NCBI RefSeq assembly: GCF_000400465.1
Contig: NW_008806282.1
Span: forward strand, 144,001-206,000
From: Wallemia ichthyophaga EXF-994
Taxonomy: Eukaryota; Fungi; Basidiomycota
Direction: 5' to 3'
Length of the DNA stretch: 62,000 nucleotides
Shown: piece after piece, positions 1 to 12,687 of the stretch
How positions within the stretch are numbered: position 1 is the first letter of the stretch
How the letters are laid out: each line of letters begins with the position of its first letter
Made by a program: the position numbers and the translations under genes
Notes under the pieces: model-generated
The model's database searches: none
What the model was told of the DNA's origin: nothing
Seen by the model: only the letters and a program-made list of their open reading frames with translations

Positions 1-2
1 GT

Positions 3-1511
3 GGTAGTGGCAGTAGCAGCAGCTCTAATAACACCCCCCACACCTCCGCTACAGACATTCTCCAGCAGCGAAGACACCTCGGCGGACGGCGGAACGAGGG
101 GCGCGTGTGGACTATACAGCACAGCCACCAACACGCTCCAAGCACACCCACCACTGAGCATGTCCTTATTCCTCTGCCGGCGCTGGAGAAAGTGGATGTG
201 GTTGAGTGGAGTGACGGTGACGGCGATCGGGAGAGTTGGTCCAAACACGCACACGCACACCACTCCCAACTCACCGACGAAGCTGTCGCGTCGCACGACC
301 TGATTATCGATAATGGGCCAGCAAGTGCGTATCTCCGCGGCTTGTTCGGCGATCGGCCACGAACAATAAGTATAAACGGGCGCAACGAGCTCGCAGTAGA
401 TGCGACAGGTGCTCTCGGTGCTCTTGATGCGTTTGAAGCGAAGGACGTAAATGGGTATACGCGACTGACGGATTCCTCCAACATACGAAAGTTGAAGCAA
501 GTGTTAGTGGGTGATATGCGAGTAGCAGAACGAGAAGCGCACGCTGTGCACGCAGTCAAACTGGCACTCAGCGCGACAGACAGAGTGCTGCGCACGAAAG
601 AGCACGTTCTAGCGTCGATGGAGAGGGAGAGTGAGGTATGCGTGGAGGAGACAGAAGGGGAATGCGCCAAACTCCTCCAACATTTCCCGTCGTCTACTCA
701 CATTCAACACGATCATACAGTCTCGTTGCACAAGGCACTCGCAATGCTCAGGTCTTTCCCAGTCGCTCTCCTCCCTATACGCATAGACGACCTGGGTGCG
801 TTTGTGGAAGGGATACTCAACAAACATTTCGCTGACACCCTCGCACTCGAATATGCCGCCTTTGATGGCGCTGTTGCCCAGACTAATGCGCGCGTTCACC
901 ACCTCGCACATGAACAGCTGGAGCGCGCGGGTAAGCGGAGTGTAGAGGGTATAGAGGGTTTAGATACAAATGAAGATAAGGATATGCCTCTGCACCTGCA
1001 CACAGCCATCCACCAAAACAACTTGGGCAGAAACGCGTCTGCACTTGCATCAGCACCTTCCACAGACAGCCGCAGTATAGCGCAGCGCACACTCAATACT
1101 CTCACACAGCCAGGTGGCTTGCCTGACAGTATAGCGGCGCGGATGCAGGCAGCGCTTGTGCGCGCGTACGGGGGTGTTTTGTCCACAAGTGCACTGGGGT
1201 ATGCAGGCGCTATGGGTGAGTGGTGCACAACTCAGTCAGCAGTTGGTCTAGCTGTTTTAGGTGGCGTGTGGAGCGTCAAGCATGTGCTCACCAAGTGGAC
1301 TACCTCGGTTGGGATGTTTGAAAGTAGCTGGAAGAGGGGCTATGCGCTGATAGAGGCGGAAAGCGAGGACTATAAACAGACAGTCAGAGCTGGGATGATG
1401 AAAGATGCGCGTTTCGTAGATGCCGTTGTGAGACAACACGTGAATAGACACAGGCACCAACTGGAAGATTTGCAGAAAGAGGTGGAAGGAGTGAGGAAGG
1501 AGTATTTGTAG
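3..1511 (+). CDS. 5'-truncated protein, probably Mmc1-like (Mmc1 C-terminal domain)
   Basis: Frame is open from base 3 to TAG at 1511. The C-terminal segment (AALVRAYGGVLSTSALGY...AVGLAVLGGVWSVKHVLTKW...F...W) resembles the Mmc1_C pattern; family call from memory. Confidence 0.45.
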   Translation, partial: GSGSSSSSNNTPHTSATDILQQRRHLGGRRNEGRVWTIQHSHQHAPSTPTTEHVLIPLPALEKVDVVEWSDGDGDRESWSKHAHAHHSQLTDEAVASHDLIIDNGPASAYLRGLFGDRPRTISINGRNELAVDATGALGALDAFEAKDVNGYTRLTDSSNIRKLKQVLVGDMRVAEREAHAVHAVKLALSATDRVLRTKEHVLASMERESEVCVEETEGECAKLLQHFPSSTHIQHDHTVSLHKALAMLRSFPVALLPIRIDDLGAFVEGILNKHFADTLALEYAAFDGAVAQTNARVHHLAHEQLERAGKRSVEGIEGLDTNEDKDMPLHLHTAIHQNNLGRNASALASAPSTDSRSIAQRTLNTLTQPGGLPDSIAARMQAALVRAYGGVLSTSALGYAGAMGEWCTTQSAVGLAVLGGVWSVKHVLTKWTTSVGMFESSWKRGYALIEAESEDYKQTVRAGMMKDARFVDAVVRQHVNRHRHQLEDLQKEVEGVRKEYL

Positions 1512-1612
1512 GGTGATTTGGGTGTATAGATGAATGAATAGAAATGATTTGATTTGGTTGGTCGGCTAAGTTTTAGTGGGATCGAGAATCCACCACCTTC
1601 TCTGTTTGTGCA

Positions 1613-2443
1613 ATGCCATCATCATCCGCAACGAAGAAGACAGCGAAGAAAACAGCGAAGAGTGATCAGTCTATGGCACCTTCTAAACCACCATCTAAAG
1701 CACCTAAAACACAGCCCAAGAGCATCCTCAAGAAGAAGGAGGCGGTACAAGAGCCGAGCAGCGAAGACGGGGAGAGTGATGAGGGTGACGTGGAGGGCGA
1801 CAGCGAGAGTGATTTAGACAGCGATGTAGACGCAGACTCTGATGCCTCCGCGTCGTCCGCCTCCTCTGGATCATACACCACGCTCAAACCAAAGAAACGC
1901 AAGCGCAAGAATAACGAAACAGAGGCAAACACTTTCGCTAGTGCCCTCACAAACCTCGCAGACACCTCAGCCACATCGGCGAAAAACCTCGAAATTCTCC
2001 CGCAAGCCAACAAATCACTCAAGAAGCACAGGATGCAATTGAAGGCGCAAAAAGTGTTGCGTGACGAGGCCAAACACAAGGAAGATATTGGCAGAGTGCG
2101 CGATGTTGTTAGTGGCTGGGCTGTGCCGTCAACGGTGATCAAGGGGGGTGAAGGAGGTGCAGACGCAGACAACGCAGTAAACGCACATGTTGACTCCGGC
2201 GCCGCCAAGGAAAAGAGACTGAGGAAGGTGGCACAGAAAGGTGTCGTGCGCCTATTCAACGCAATTCTCGCAGCTCAGAAAGCAGAGAGTGGCGCTAAAG
2301 TGGTTGATAAGGAGAAGGATAGGGGACTGGGTAAGCAGAGGCTTGAAGCACCCGCTAATTTCCCATCGCAAAACAAGAAGCAGGCTAAGAACACAGACAC
2401 TGTAGCCAAGAATGCTTTCATGGATGCCATACGTAAGGGATGA
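1613..2443 (+). CDS. RRP15: rRNA-processing protein Rrp15
   Basis: Single exon of 276 aa. Acidic N-terminus plus the Rrp15 signature EKRLRKVAQKGVVRLFNAILAAQ and a C-terminal AFMDAIRKG. Confidence 0.8.
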   Translation: MPSSSATKKTAKKTAKSDQSMAPSKPPSKAPKTQPKSILKKKEAVQEPSSEDGESDEGDVEGDSESDLDSDVDADSDASASSASSGSYTTLKPKKRKRKNNETEANTFASALTNLADTSATSAKNLEILPQANKSLKKHRMQLKAQKVLRDEAKHKEDIGRVRDVVSGWAVPSTVIKGGEGGADADNAVNAHVDSGAAKEKRLRKVAQKGVVRLFNAILAAQKAESGAKVVDKEKDRGLGKQRLEAPANFPSQNKKQAKNTDTVAKNAFMDAIRKG

Positions 2444-2633
2444 ATATTTTGTAGAATTATAATTTTGATTTTTTTTTATGCTAAATTCTTATCTAATGAC
2501 GCCATTTGTAAAACTCCTAAACTCCGGCGCTCGAGTGAAATGCCGGGGTTGACTGAGACGACCATCAGATGACGCGGGATAATGGGGAAAATAAAAGAAC
2601 GAGTGGAATAAAACAGCCGGTTTAAGTTTTACA

Positions 2634-4572
2634 ATGAAGCACATATTCAACGATCCAAATGAGCTCCTCAAATGCGCCATCAATGCTCAGCCAACCCTCA
2701 ATCCTTCCCTCGCAGTAGACGTGGCCCAGGGCGTCGTATACGATACACATTCACCCACACCGCACAGGCGTGTTTCTGTTATCGCAGGCGGTGGCTCTGG
2801 TCATGAACCCGCGCATGTATCGCTCGTTGGTGGGTAAGAGTGTACATCCGGCAGAACTCAGCTCATACGCAATCACAGGCACTGGTATTCTCCAAGCCAG
2901 CGTCTCTGGCCACATATTCGCCAGCCCCTCTTCCACGCACATCCTCCACGCCATACAGCGCACACCACCCACCCACGCCATCCTCCTCATTATCAACCAA
3001 TACACAGGCGACAAGCTTAACTTCAACCGCGCTGCACAGAAGGCGCGCTACGATGGTCGCGTCGTGCATACAGTCACTGTCGGAGACGATGTCTCACTTT
3101 CCCCCACAGCCATCGCCAAAGTTGGGCGCAGGGGGCTCACAGCAAACCCTCTCGTCTGCAAGGTGGCTGGAGCGGCGGCCGAGCGTGGGCTGGATGTGGA
3201 GGCAGTGCAGCTTATTAGCGAGGCGGTAGCTGCGAATGTCGCCACTATAGGAGCGTCGCCCCAACACTGCCATGTTCCAGGTCGAGAGAGGGCGCAGGAC
3301 GAGTCCACCGATAACTCCTTATATGTGGAACTGGGTCTCGGTATCCACAACGAGCCTGGGGCTAAGAAGGTGGTTGACAATTCACACTCTCCACACACCC
3401 ATCTCATTCAAGATATGCTCCTTAGAATCCTCTCCTCCCCTTACACAGCCTTTGGTGATGAGGACGACGTTATACTCGTCGTTAATAACCTGGGCGGCCT
3501 CTCGCTTGTCGAGCTGTATGGTGTGGTGGGGGTCGCTAGTGAGGTGCTCACCAGACAACACGCTATTCACCCCCTTCATACCCTCGTAGGATCATTCATG
3601 ACCAGCCTCAACATGCCCGGCTTCTCCCTCTCCCTCCTCAACGTCACCCGCGCAGATAGCGTGTGTGGCGGTGTCGGCGGTGTTAGCGTGGTTGATCTGC
3701 TGTACGACCCCACAGCCGTGACGGCATGGCCAGCTATGAGTATGGGCAAAAATACAAGTATCGAGCAGGAAGAGAGGCAGGAGAGGGTGGAGGATGGGTA
3801 TGATGTCGGAGCTGAGGTTGAGACTAAGACTGAGCAGAACAAGACACACGACAAAGTGAACCTTGAAGCGCAACCATCCACACTCACACCACACTCAAGA
3901 CTCATCGCTCAAGCAGTACACAGCGCATGCGACGCCGTCCTCGCAGCTGAACCCGATCTAACGCACTGGGACACGCTCGTCGGCGACGGCGACTGCGGTA
4001 CGACATTCTCGGGCGGTGCATCAGCCATCAAGGCAGCTCTCGCAGCAGACAGGCTCCCGCTCACACATCCAGCCCCACTCTTTTACTCCCTCTCCCTCCT
4101 CGTCGAATCAAGTATGGGCGGTACGGCTGGTGCGCTGTTCGCGCTGTATTTTGGTGCACTCAGTAATGCGCTGAGCGGGGCAAACGACGTGGGTGAGGCG
4201 AATGCGAGTGTGGATGTCGACTGGAGTGTGCATCTCACATCCGCTGCTCTAACTGCCCTCGACGAACTGCGGTTGTTTACTCCCGCTCAAGTCGGTGATA
4301 GGACGCTCATGGATGCTCTCATCCCCTTCTCCAGCGCGCTCGAGAGTGGGCTGGGTATCGCCGTCGCAGCTCAGCACGCTAGGAAGGGTGCTGAAGAGAC
4401 GGCTTTTATGGTTGCTACTCTTGGACGAGCTGCTTATTGCACTGATTATGCAGATGGCTCTGACGTTAATGACAAGGACAACACTCACAACAATAAAACC
4501 CCCAATATTCCAGATCCTGGCGCTATGGGTGTGAGCGCTATCATTGGCGGTATAGCAGGTTGTTTTAATTAA
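2634..4572 (+). CDS. DAK1: Dihydroxyacetone kinase (Dak1+Dak2 domains)
   Basis: GGGSGHEPAH, FASPS, HCHVPGR, ELGLGIHNEPG, GDGDCG, GDRTLMDAL, PDPGA. One intron at 2830-2878 restores the frame (LVG|TG). Confidence 0.93.
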
Positions 4573-4654
4573 CGTGCTTGTATGCTTTGAATACCATGGA
4601 TAATTTCTTTCTGTCTAAAAATACAATAGGGTGCCATCGCACCATATAAACCTC

Positions 4655-5793
<1,139 letters not shown>

Positions 5794-6007
5794 TTGGCCG
5801 CTTGAGCCACCCTCCCCCTCAGCTATTGTAATATCAATTGTACACTAATTTCATACCACTTTGAATATTCTTAAGGGTACCTAACCTGAATATGTATAAA
5901 CGTAAATCCCCGCCTTAGTTTGTGATTGAAATGCTCACATCACGTGAACCGCAACTGTCATCATCGATAAGCAAGATAACACGGATAAGCGTGGAATTGG
6001 ATATGTG

Positions 6008-7466
6008 ATGGGATTTATGCGGTGAGTTGCGTTTCAAGGGAATTGTAACCCACTCACACACCTCTATCCAGACGAGCAGAAGAAGTCGAGCTGCTACAGC
6101 TACAAGATTCAGATAACCCGTACTTGATTTATCAGCCACCATTCGCATACTCGCTGCCGTCTCAAATGCTCGTTATCGGAATCGTACTCACTCTATGCAC
6201 CGTTCTGCTCTCACACCTCTCTTTCACAGCGCAATACCACTTTCCACTATCAAAGCTCAACTTTCTTTTACAAACGCTGGCTGTCCTCAGTCTCCTTACA
6301 AAGGTTTCCGCTGAATTGGCCCTGGCCTCTATCAAGCTTTACGACATTTCCTCAATTTGGCCTTATATGTTTGAATACACGGCTATTGACATACCTTACA
6401 TTGAATGGGATGTTTGGAAGACTGGCGCGTGGCTAGCGATGTTAGCTATAGTCTCAGCACTTGTCAATGTGGGTGGTTTCTATTTTTAGCACTGAGATCA
6501 CTAATGTCTCACCCCTCACAGCTCACCCACATACAATTCCTCACTCTCCTCTTCCCTTCAGATCTCGAGCAGCTGCTAATATTCACTATTCTTGGCCCTT
6601 TAGCCGTCGTTGGCGCTGCTCTCACCTTCTGCGACCTCAGCAGCTCTGACTCCACTATCAAGACCGCAGAGTCAATTAAGAATGTTTGCAACTCTACACT
6701 CACCCTTCTCTTCACTGCCGCTTTGATTATCTGGGGTGGCGTTATCAATCGTCGCCGTGCTTGGAGGACTGACGGTGGCACTGCTGCCTTTGGTGTTTTT
6801 GCTATAGCCTTGGCTGTTCTTGGTACAGCTGTAAACTTTCTCATCGTCAAAGAAGATGAAGTTCCTTGGTTACAGTCGGTTGAATGGGCTATCGTTATGT
6901 GGCAGTCCTGGCTCGGTTTCTGGTGGTGGGTTGGCGCCGGTATGGGCATTGGTGAGGTCGAAGATAGACGCGCACGTAAAACCAAGAAGCAGAAACTCAA
7001 ACGACGTAACAAGAATCGCACAGTCGAATCTCAAGTTGAATCCATGTTCACTGATAATGGTGAGAATCAAGCCGTCAAACGTAGATGGCGGAGTAGTCAC
7101 AATAACACAAACAATATTCATAACACCCCTCAAACTTCCTCGTCAGACTCACCTGAAACTTCCTCAGATACCTTCCTCTTCAGATTCTCGCCCAGCTATC
7201 TCGTTAGTTATGTGTATAATAGTCTCAAACGCGCACACAACGCAGCTGCAAGAATACAAGCAAAAGAATACAAAAAGAAGCAAGAACAACATGAGAGGAG
7301 ATGGGGTCCAGGTGAATTCGCCATGTCCTCAATAAACCCTATTCCTCAACATTCTCAACTCTCAACGACGGATGAGGACACTGAGGCTCTCAAGTCGGAA
7401 AGAGGTGAAAGGAGCTGGTTTAAGTGGTCGGAGAGGTTTCGACGGCGAAGAGCTGATGAGTGGTGA
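6008..7466 (+). CDS. Multi-pass membrane pH-sensor-like protein (Rra1/PalH-Rim21-like)
   Basis: Introns at 6022-6071 and 6469-6521 give a continuous frame with about 7 hydrophobic segments, THIQFLTLLFPS, RRAWRTDGGTAAFG, WQSWLGFWWWVGAG and a K/R-rich stretch right after the last TM. Confidence 0.7.
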
Positions 7467-7615
7467 TTATGAGTACTAGTCAGTGATAGTGTTGGACAAA
7501 ATCAAGACTCAATGAAGGTTCAATGAAGACTCGATATCCGGATAATATACGTTATGAGTTTTGTATAAGTAGTGTAGTATGCATCTTAGAAATATAAATA
7601 TGTTCACTCTCACTC

Positions 7616-8377
7616 TCAATCCTCTTTAAGCAACTTGAGTTTGTCGTGTACACCCCCATGATCATCCTCATCACCCTCCTCCTTGATATCGCCAATCTCG
7701 TCCGCCTTACGCTTCCTGCTAGTCGGATCATCCTCATCGTCGATCAATTCAACCTTGACGTGATTATAAACCCACCACACATTGAAATAGTTGCTACCAA
7801 CCTGTATAGATTTTTTATCAAGCTTGCTGGGTATTTCAGGCAGTGGATATTCCAATTTCTGATTACGACGACGTGGATCACGCAAATTGGAAGCGCCTCT
7901 AAGATGAAATTTGAGATGTTTAGTGATATTTTGTGTACCTACGCTGATCCACTTGACAGAATGTTCCAAGCGATTGATTTCCTTTTTGAACTCCTTACTA
8001 TCGAAATGAGCGTAGACGAGCGAGTACATCCGTTTATCACATTTACGCGCTAGCTTTGCAAGTTCTTCACTTTGGTCTGCGCGCGCTAGCAAGTTCTGCC
8101 ATTGGTGGACACCTTCGTACTTTTCAATCGCTTCGGGACTGTCCATTAGCACGTAGACGAGTATCACATTGAGTGGACCCCATTCAGGGAATTTTATACA
8201 GCTTATTGAATCCGTGTGCAGAAATTTACTTAGCCAGTCGCACAATTCATTCTCTGCCCACAATTTGCGATCGCCTGGATGATTGTCCTGCTCCAGTGGC
8301 GGGAATGGATTCACTATAAAGAATATCGTCTCCTGGTTCTTGTATTTCTTCTTCCATGGCTTCTTCTCGACGAGCAT
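7616..8377 (-). CDS. Hypothetical protein (253 aa)
   Basis: ATG-initiated intronless ORF filling the gap between two genes; globular-looking composition with an acidic tail; no motif recognised. Confidence 0.6.
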   Translation of the reverse strand: MLVEKKPWKKKYKNQETIFFIVNPFPPLEQDNHPGDRKLWAENELCDWLSKFLHTDSISCIKFPEWGPLNVILVYVLMDSPEAIEKYEGVHQWQNLLARADQSEELAKLARKCDKRMYSLVYAHFDSKEFKKEINRLEHSVKWISVGTQNITKHLKFHLRGASNLRDPRRRNQKLEYPLPEIPSKLDKKSIQVGSNYFNVWWVYNHVKVELIDDEDDPTSRKRKADEIGDIKEEGDEDDHGGVHDKLKLLKED

Positions 8378-8472
8378 TTTTCGGTGGATGGGTTGTGGTC
8401 GGTGATCTCATTATAGACATAGATAAAAGAAATGAAAATTGGCATATCTCAATTTTTCAGCTGTTTGTACAT

Positions 8473-11434
8473 TCATCCAACTATCTCGAAATCATCGCGC
8501 ACTCTCACAAGCGGCTTCTTGATCGTCAACAAACTAGCCCTGCCTTCCTCACCACCCGAAGCCGCCACTCCCTCTTTCCAGGTGAACTGCAGTAATTGTC
8601 CACTCGTGATGACCTCTTCTGGCTTCTCCTTCAACCCAAGCACCTGAATCCTTTCAATCTCAATCTCCTCGCCCTCCGTAAACGACATGCCTGGCTCTAA
8701 TTGCGTGCTTCTCAACGCCCATCCTCCTCTGACATCGCTACTGATGCTACTGAAGGTGAAATTTCTATCGATGAAAGCATCACGGGTGTAGTCGAAAGAA
8801 TGCCCGTCATCCAGATACACCCTACCTTGAGCTTCGCCATAGTGATCGAGGGCTATAGTGAGGGTGAGTGGATCGCGAACCATCAGACTAGCCGACCGTC
8901 TAGCGCGTTCCCGTGTAGGTATAATACTCCCGCCCCTAATAAACAGCGGGAGGGTATCTAATTGAGTGGGTATATTGAGAGTGCGATGAATGTGTTCCTT
9001 CGCGAAGCTGATTTGGTGGGTAAAGTAGTCATAGTAAGGCTGAGATCAGCGTCAGTAACAAGCTTAACACACCGAACACAACAAACTCACCTCATCGCCA
9101 CCCAAATATACACCCACGCTCTGCGCATCCTCTTGCACGACAGGCTTCACGAGCAACTCAGCCGCAGCACCGACGTAGAACTGATCATCGATGTCATACC
9201 CCGCTTCATCGCCCGGATGTACCAAGAACTGTGGCCGTATCACCGGCATCCCGTTGCGCGTGCTCGACCTGAATGCCGTGTACCACAACGGGAGAAGGGT
9301 GTAGCGCAGACGGAGCACATCGCGCACAATACTCCGATATGGCTCGCTCAGTGTGTGTGGCTCGCGTCGTTTCGTGTCAATGTGCGCATGCGCTCGGAAA
9401 AAGGGATGGAATGCTCCAGTCTGGTACCATCGCACGAGATATTGCGCAGAGGGGTCGCCGAAAAACCCTCCAACATCCGCACCCGTCAACATTATTCCGG
9501 AAATACTGTTGGCGAGATTCATTGGTGTCGCGCTGCGTAGATGCTCCCACGTGCCGAGGTTATCCCCCGTCCACACCGCACCGAAACGCTGGCTACCGGC
9601 GAAAAATGACCGAGAGAGTACGAAGCTTCGCTCGTTGACTTCCCCTCTTTTTTCTAACCCCTGCGCGGTAAGATTGGTGAAGAGGAGCCCGTTCATGTTG
9701 TGTATGTCGCGGTGCTCGACGTTGCCGTGGAATAGTACATCTTTTGGCATGGTGATTTCAGGCCCATTGAATACAGTGGGCTCGTTCATATCCACCCAAG
9801 TAAACAGATTGCGCGTTGAGTCCTGTGTCGTGTGTTTGAGTGTTGAACGTCATGCGATGCATACTTTCGCTCACCTTCCACTTTTCGAAGCTGAATAGAG
9901 AAATCCACCAGTCCCAGGCTGCGGGGTTGAGCCTGTTGTCGTGAACATGTGAGTAAGTGAGTGGGGATGTGCGAATGAATAGCACCCACATATCTACCCA
10001 CGAAGACGCACCTGCCCAGCACCACCCTTCATACTCAGACTGTCCATCGGGGCGCTTGACCAGCAGCCCTCTATCACTGGCTTCTTGGTAAACGTAAAAA
10101 TTCTCATCGCGGCTTAGATGAGGATCGATAATATTCACCGTCTTGCGCCCAGTCGCTGCGATGCTCTCAATCATATCGACAGGATCAGGGAACTTCCTCT
10201 TATCCCACAGGAAATACTTGTGGCCTTCAGCGTACTCTATATCAAGCCAGAGAACGTCTACAGGCGCATCAATGGAATCGAATCCATCAACAACGCCCAG
10301 CATATCCTTCGACGTGAAGTAGTTCCATCTGCACTGGTGATGTCCAAGGGCGAACTGCTGCGGCAGCTGTACTACACCTGTGAGAGAAGCGTACTGAGCG
10401 AACACATCCTCGACCGACGGACCTGGTATCAAAAAGAGATCAATAATTCCACTCTCGCCCATCCACTGGGTCGAAGTGGAGTGATTCGAGGGATGTTTCA
10501 CATCGATCCACATCTCACTCGCCGAGAGGAGGAAGACAGCGAGAGAGGAGCGCGATGAATGGGCGTGCATCAGCGGCACAGATCCATACAGTGCCATCGG
10601 GGAGCTGGCTTCGTACTCAAACACATCAAGGTTGTACAGCCGATATGGCTCCGTGTACGGCGGTGAGTTGTCGACATATGGCGTGCGCCGTGGTGATGTG
10701 CCGTCTGTAGGTGGAAGTGCGAGCGGTGCTGCGTGCTCCGGTATGCCGTATATATGCGCATGCGACGGGAAGTCAATGTCGAGCGAGAATGCCTGTGGTC
10801 CTTTAGGCTTGGAGTCGGGTTTGTGGTTGAAAGTTTCCTCCCACATTCCCTCTACTCTGGTATCGTCGGTGTCGCTGCGTCGTCTGTAGTGCTCCATGTG
10901 CAGCAAATCATTTGCGTTTATGTCGACGAGTGTCTCACCCGTTGCTGTGTTCCGGAGAGTGAGTCTGAGGGGGTTGTGCTGCACGGTAAATTCAAGTTGC
11001 TGGTGAGTGGAGGTACGGAAACAGAGCACGTCTGTATCGCGAGTGGATTTGACGTCGATGGCGGATGACGCCATCAGATCTGGTTCAGCGATGAGAACAT
11101 ACGAAGCTGTCTGATTGTAGCGCTGATAGATCCCGCCAATCTCATCGATCCTTAGCCTGGGCAAGCCATTTGCTAGTATGTCCACCTGCAACCCAAAGTT
11201 GACATGCGGCGGGGCGAGAAGATTCTTCATACTCCAAGCGAATGTGGCTAACTCTGGCTGTAGACGAGTAGCCGGGGACTGCAACACATACGCTGACTGT
11301 GTGTTCTCATCTCCACCATTTCGCAATCTGCGGCAGAATGAAGATTGATGACATTGCTTGAAATCGTGCTGCTTGACGGGTGCGACGGTGTGAAGGAAAA
11401 GCACTAAAGTGAGAAAGACGATTGACCACCTCAT
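8473..11434 (-). CDS. ROT2: ER glucosidase II alpha subunit (GH31)
   Basis: Signal peptide MRWSIVFLTLVLFLHTVA, DFKQCHQSSFCRR, PYRLYNLDVFEY, LWLDIEY, W-x-DMNEP, WTGDN, PFFRAHAH; three introns. Confidence 0.96.
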
Positions 11435-11455
11435 CGTGGTTGAGTAGATACCTCC

Positions 11456-12648
11456 ATGGCGGCAACCACCGCGGCAACGACGCCGAGAACGGCAAAAACA
11501 CAGCATCCGACGTCCAATACACCTACAGCCACTCTAGCGCGTTTGATTTGGCGTGGCTGTCTGTCATTCCAGGGCTGGCCACTTGAAGGTGTGTTAGTGC
11601 GCCCACGCTGCCTGGAGCATGTCCAATAACCCCCACAGGCTTCTGCTTTACTACAAATACTTACCCACTTCCCTCCCCCAACATCCACAGCTCCATCGAC
11701 GATCTCACTTTGGCTTTGGAAATGACGCGACATAGACCATTGCGTGTATGCGACAGGCTCAATTTGAATTTAGACAAGTGGATTATAGAAAATACTTACA
11801 TCACAGTGTGGGTAGATCCACGCGCAATTCCTTCAAAAAGGTGGTTAGAACGCGTCTTCGGTGCTTCGTCTTCGACGCATCTACACGCCGTCATCGTATC
11901 GTTGGATGACGTAGCAGATGAGCCAGGTTCGTCTTTGGGAATACACGCGTCACTACTCTCACTCCCCTTCAGATCCGTCTAATGAATTCATTATCTTCCG
12001 CGATAACGCAACTCAATCTCTCAACTTGGGCAGGCGGAAGAAGAAAGTGAGAGAGAGTGCGAATGTCGCAAGGCCAGACGATCCTCTGCCGAGAAGTGTG
12101 TCTGCTCACTCTTCCACTCAATTCTGCCACTAACCATACACACACCAGCCAATGTACCTGCCCAGCCAAAGCTGGCTCCACTCGACAGGCTTAACATGCG
12201 CAAGTCGAGTAGTGAGCTCTCGAGACTATTCCCCTCAAGGCCATCGTCTGAGTCTTCCCGGCGATCTTCAGACAAAGCAATGAAGCCTCCAGAAAGCAAA
12301 CGAAAGAGAAGCTCTCTCATACCAGCTGCAGTAGACGCCATAACAGACTCAGACACAGATGCATCTAAGGACTCTACCGTCTTCGGCACACCATCCAACA
12401 ATCAAACCCAAGCCAATAACAAATCATCCTTCAAAAATCAGATGCTAGCAACATTTGCAAACTACAATCTCAGCCAATCACATCCCGAATTCAACCAACT
12501 TTGGTCGATTTGCATAAAAGGTGTTTCATTCGCATTTAGGCATAGAATCCATACCGATATCATCGACAAAGAGCAGATTGATCAGGTAGTACTGAAACAC
12601 TTGTCCATGTACCTCCCCAACAGACCTTCTGTGAAGGTTGTAAAGTAA
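11456..12648 (+). CDS. Hypothetical protein, possibly Sld7-like (Sld7 C-terminal domain)
   Basis: Introns at 11589-11638, 11927-11972 and 12096-12148 join into one frame. N-terminal RLIWRGCL...LALEM; C-terminal HPEFNQLWSICIKGVSFAFR resembles Sld7_C (from memory). Confidence 0.45.
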
Positions 12649-12687
12649 ACAATGTAATATGCATAATTCATCATTTACTAGCATCTT

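Noticed and set aside
2520-2548. Small CCGGC/GCCGG hairpin upstream of DAK1
   Set aside because: Too short to distinguish from chance; no tRNA or snoRNA features.
7568-7585. GTGTAGTA resembling the U2 snRNA branch-pairing region
   Set aside because: Only an 8-mer in an AT-rich convergent 3' gap; no flanking U2 sequence.
9775-9810. GH31 nucleophile motif WVDMNEP instead of WNDMNEP
   Set aside because: The catalytic Asp and the acid/base WTGDN are intact; minor variation.
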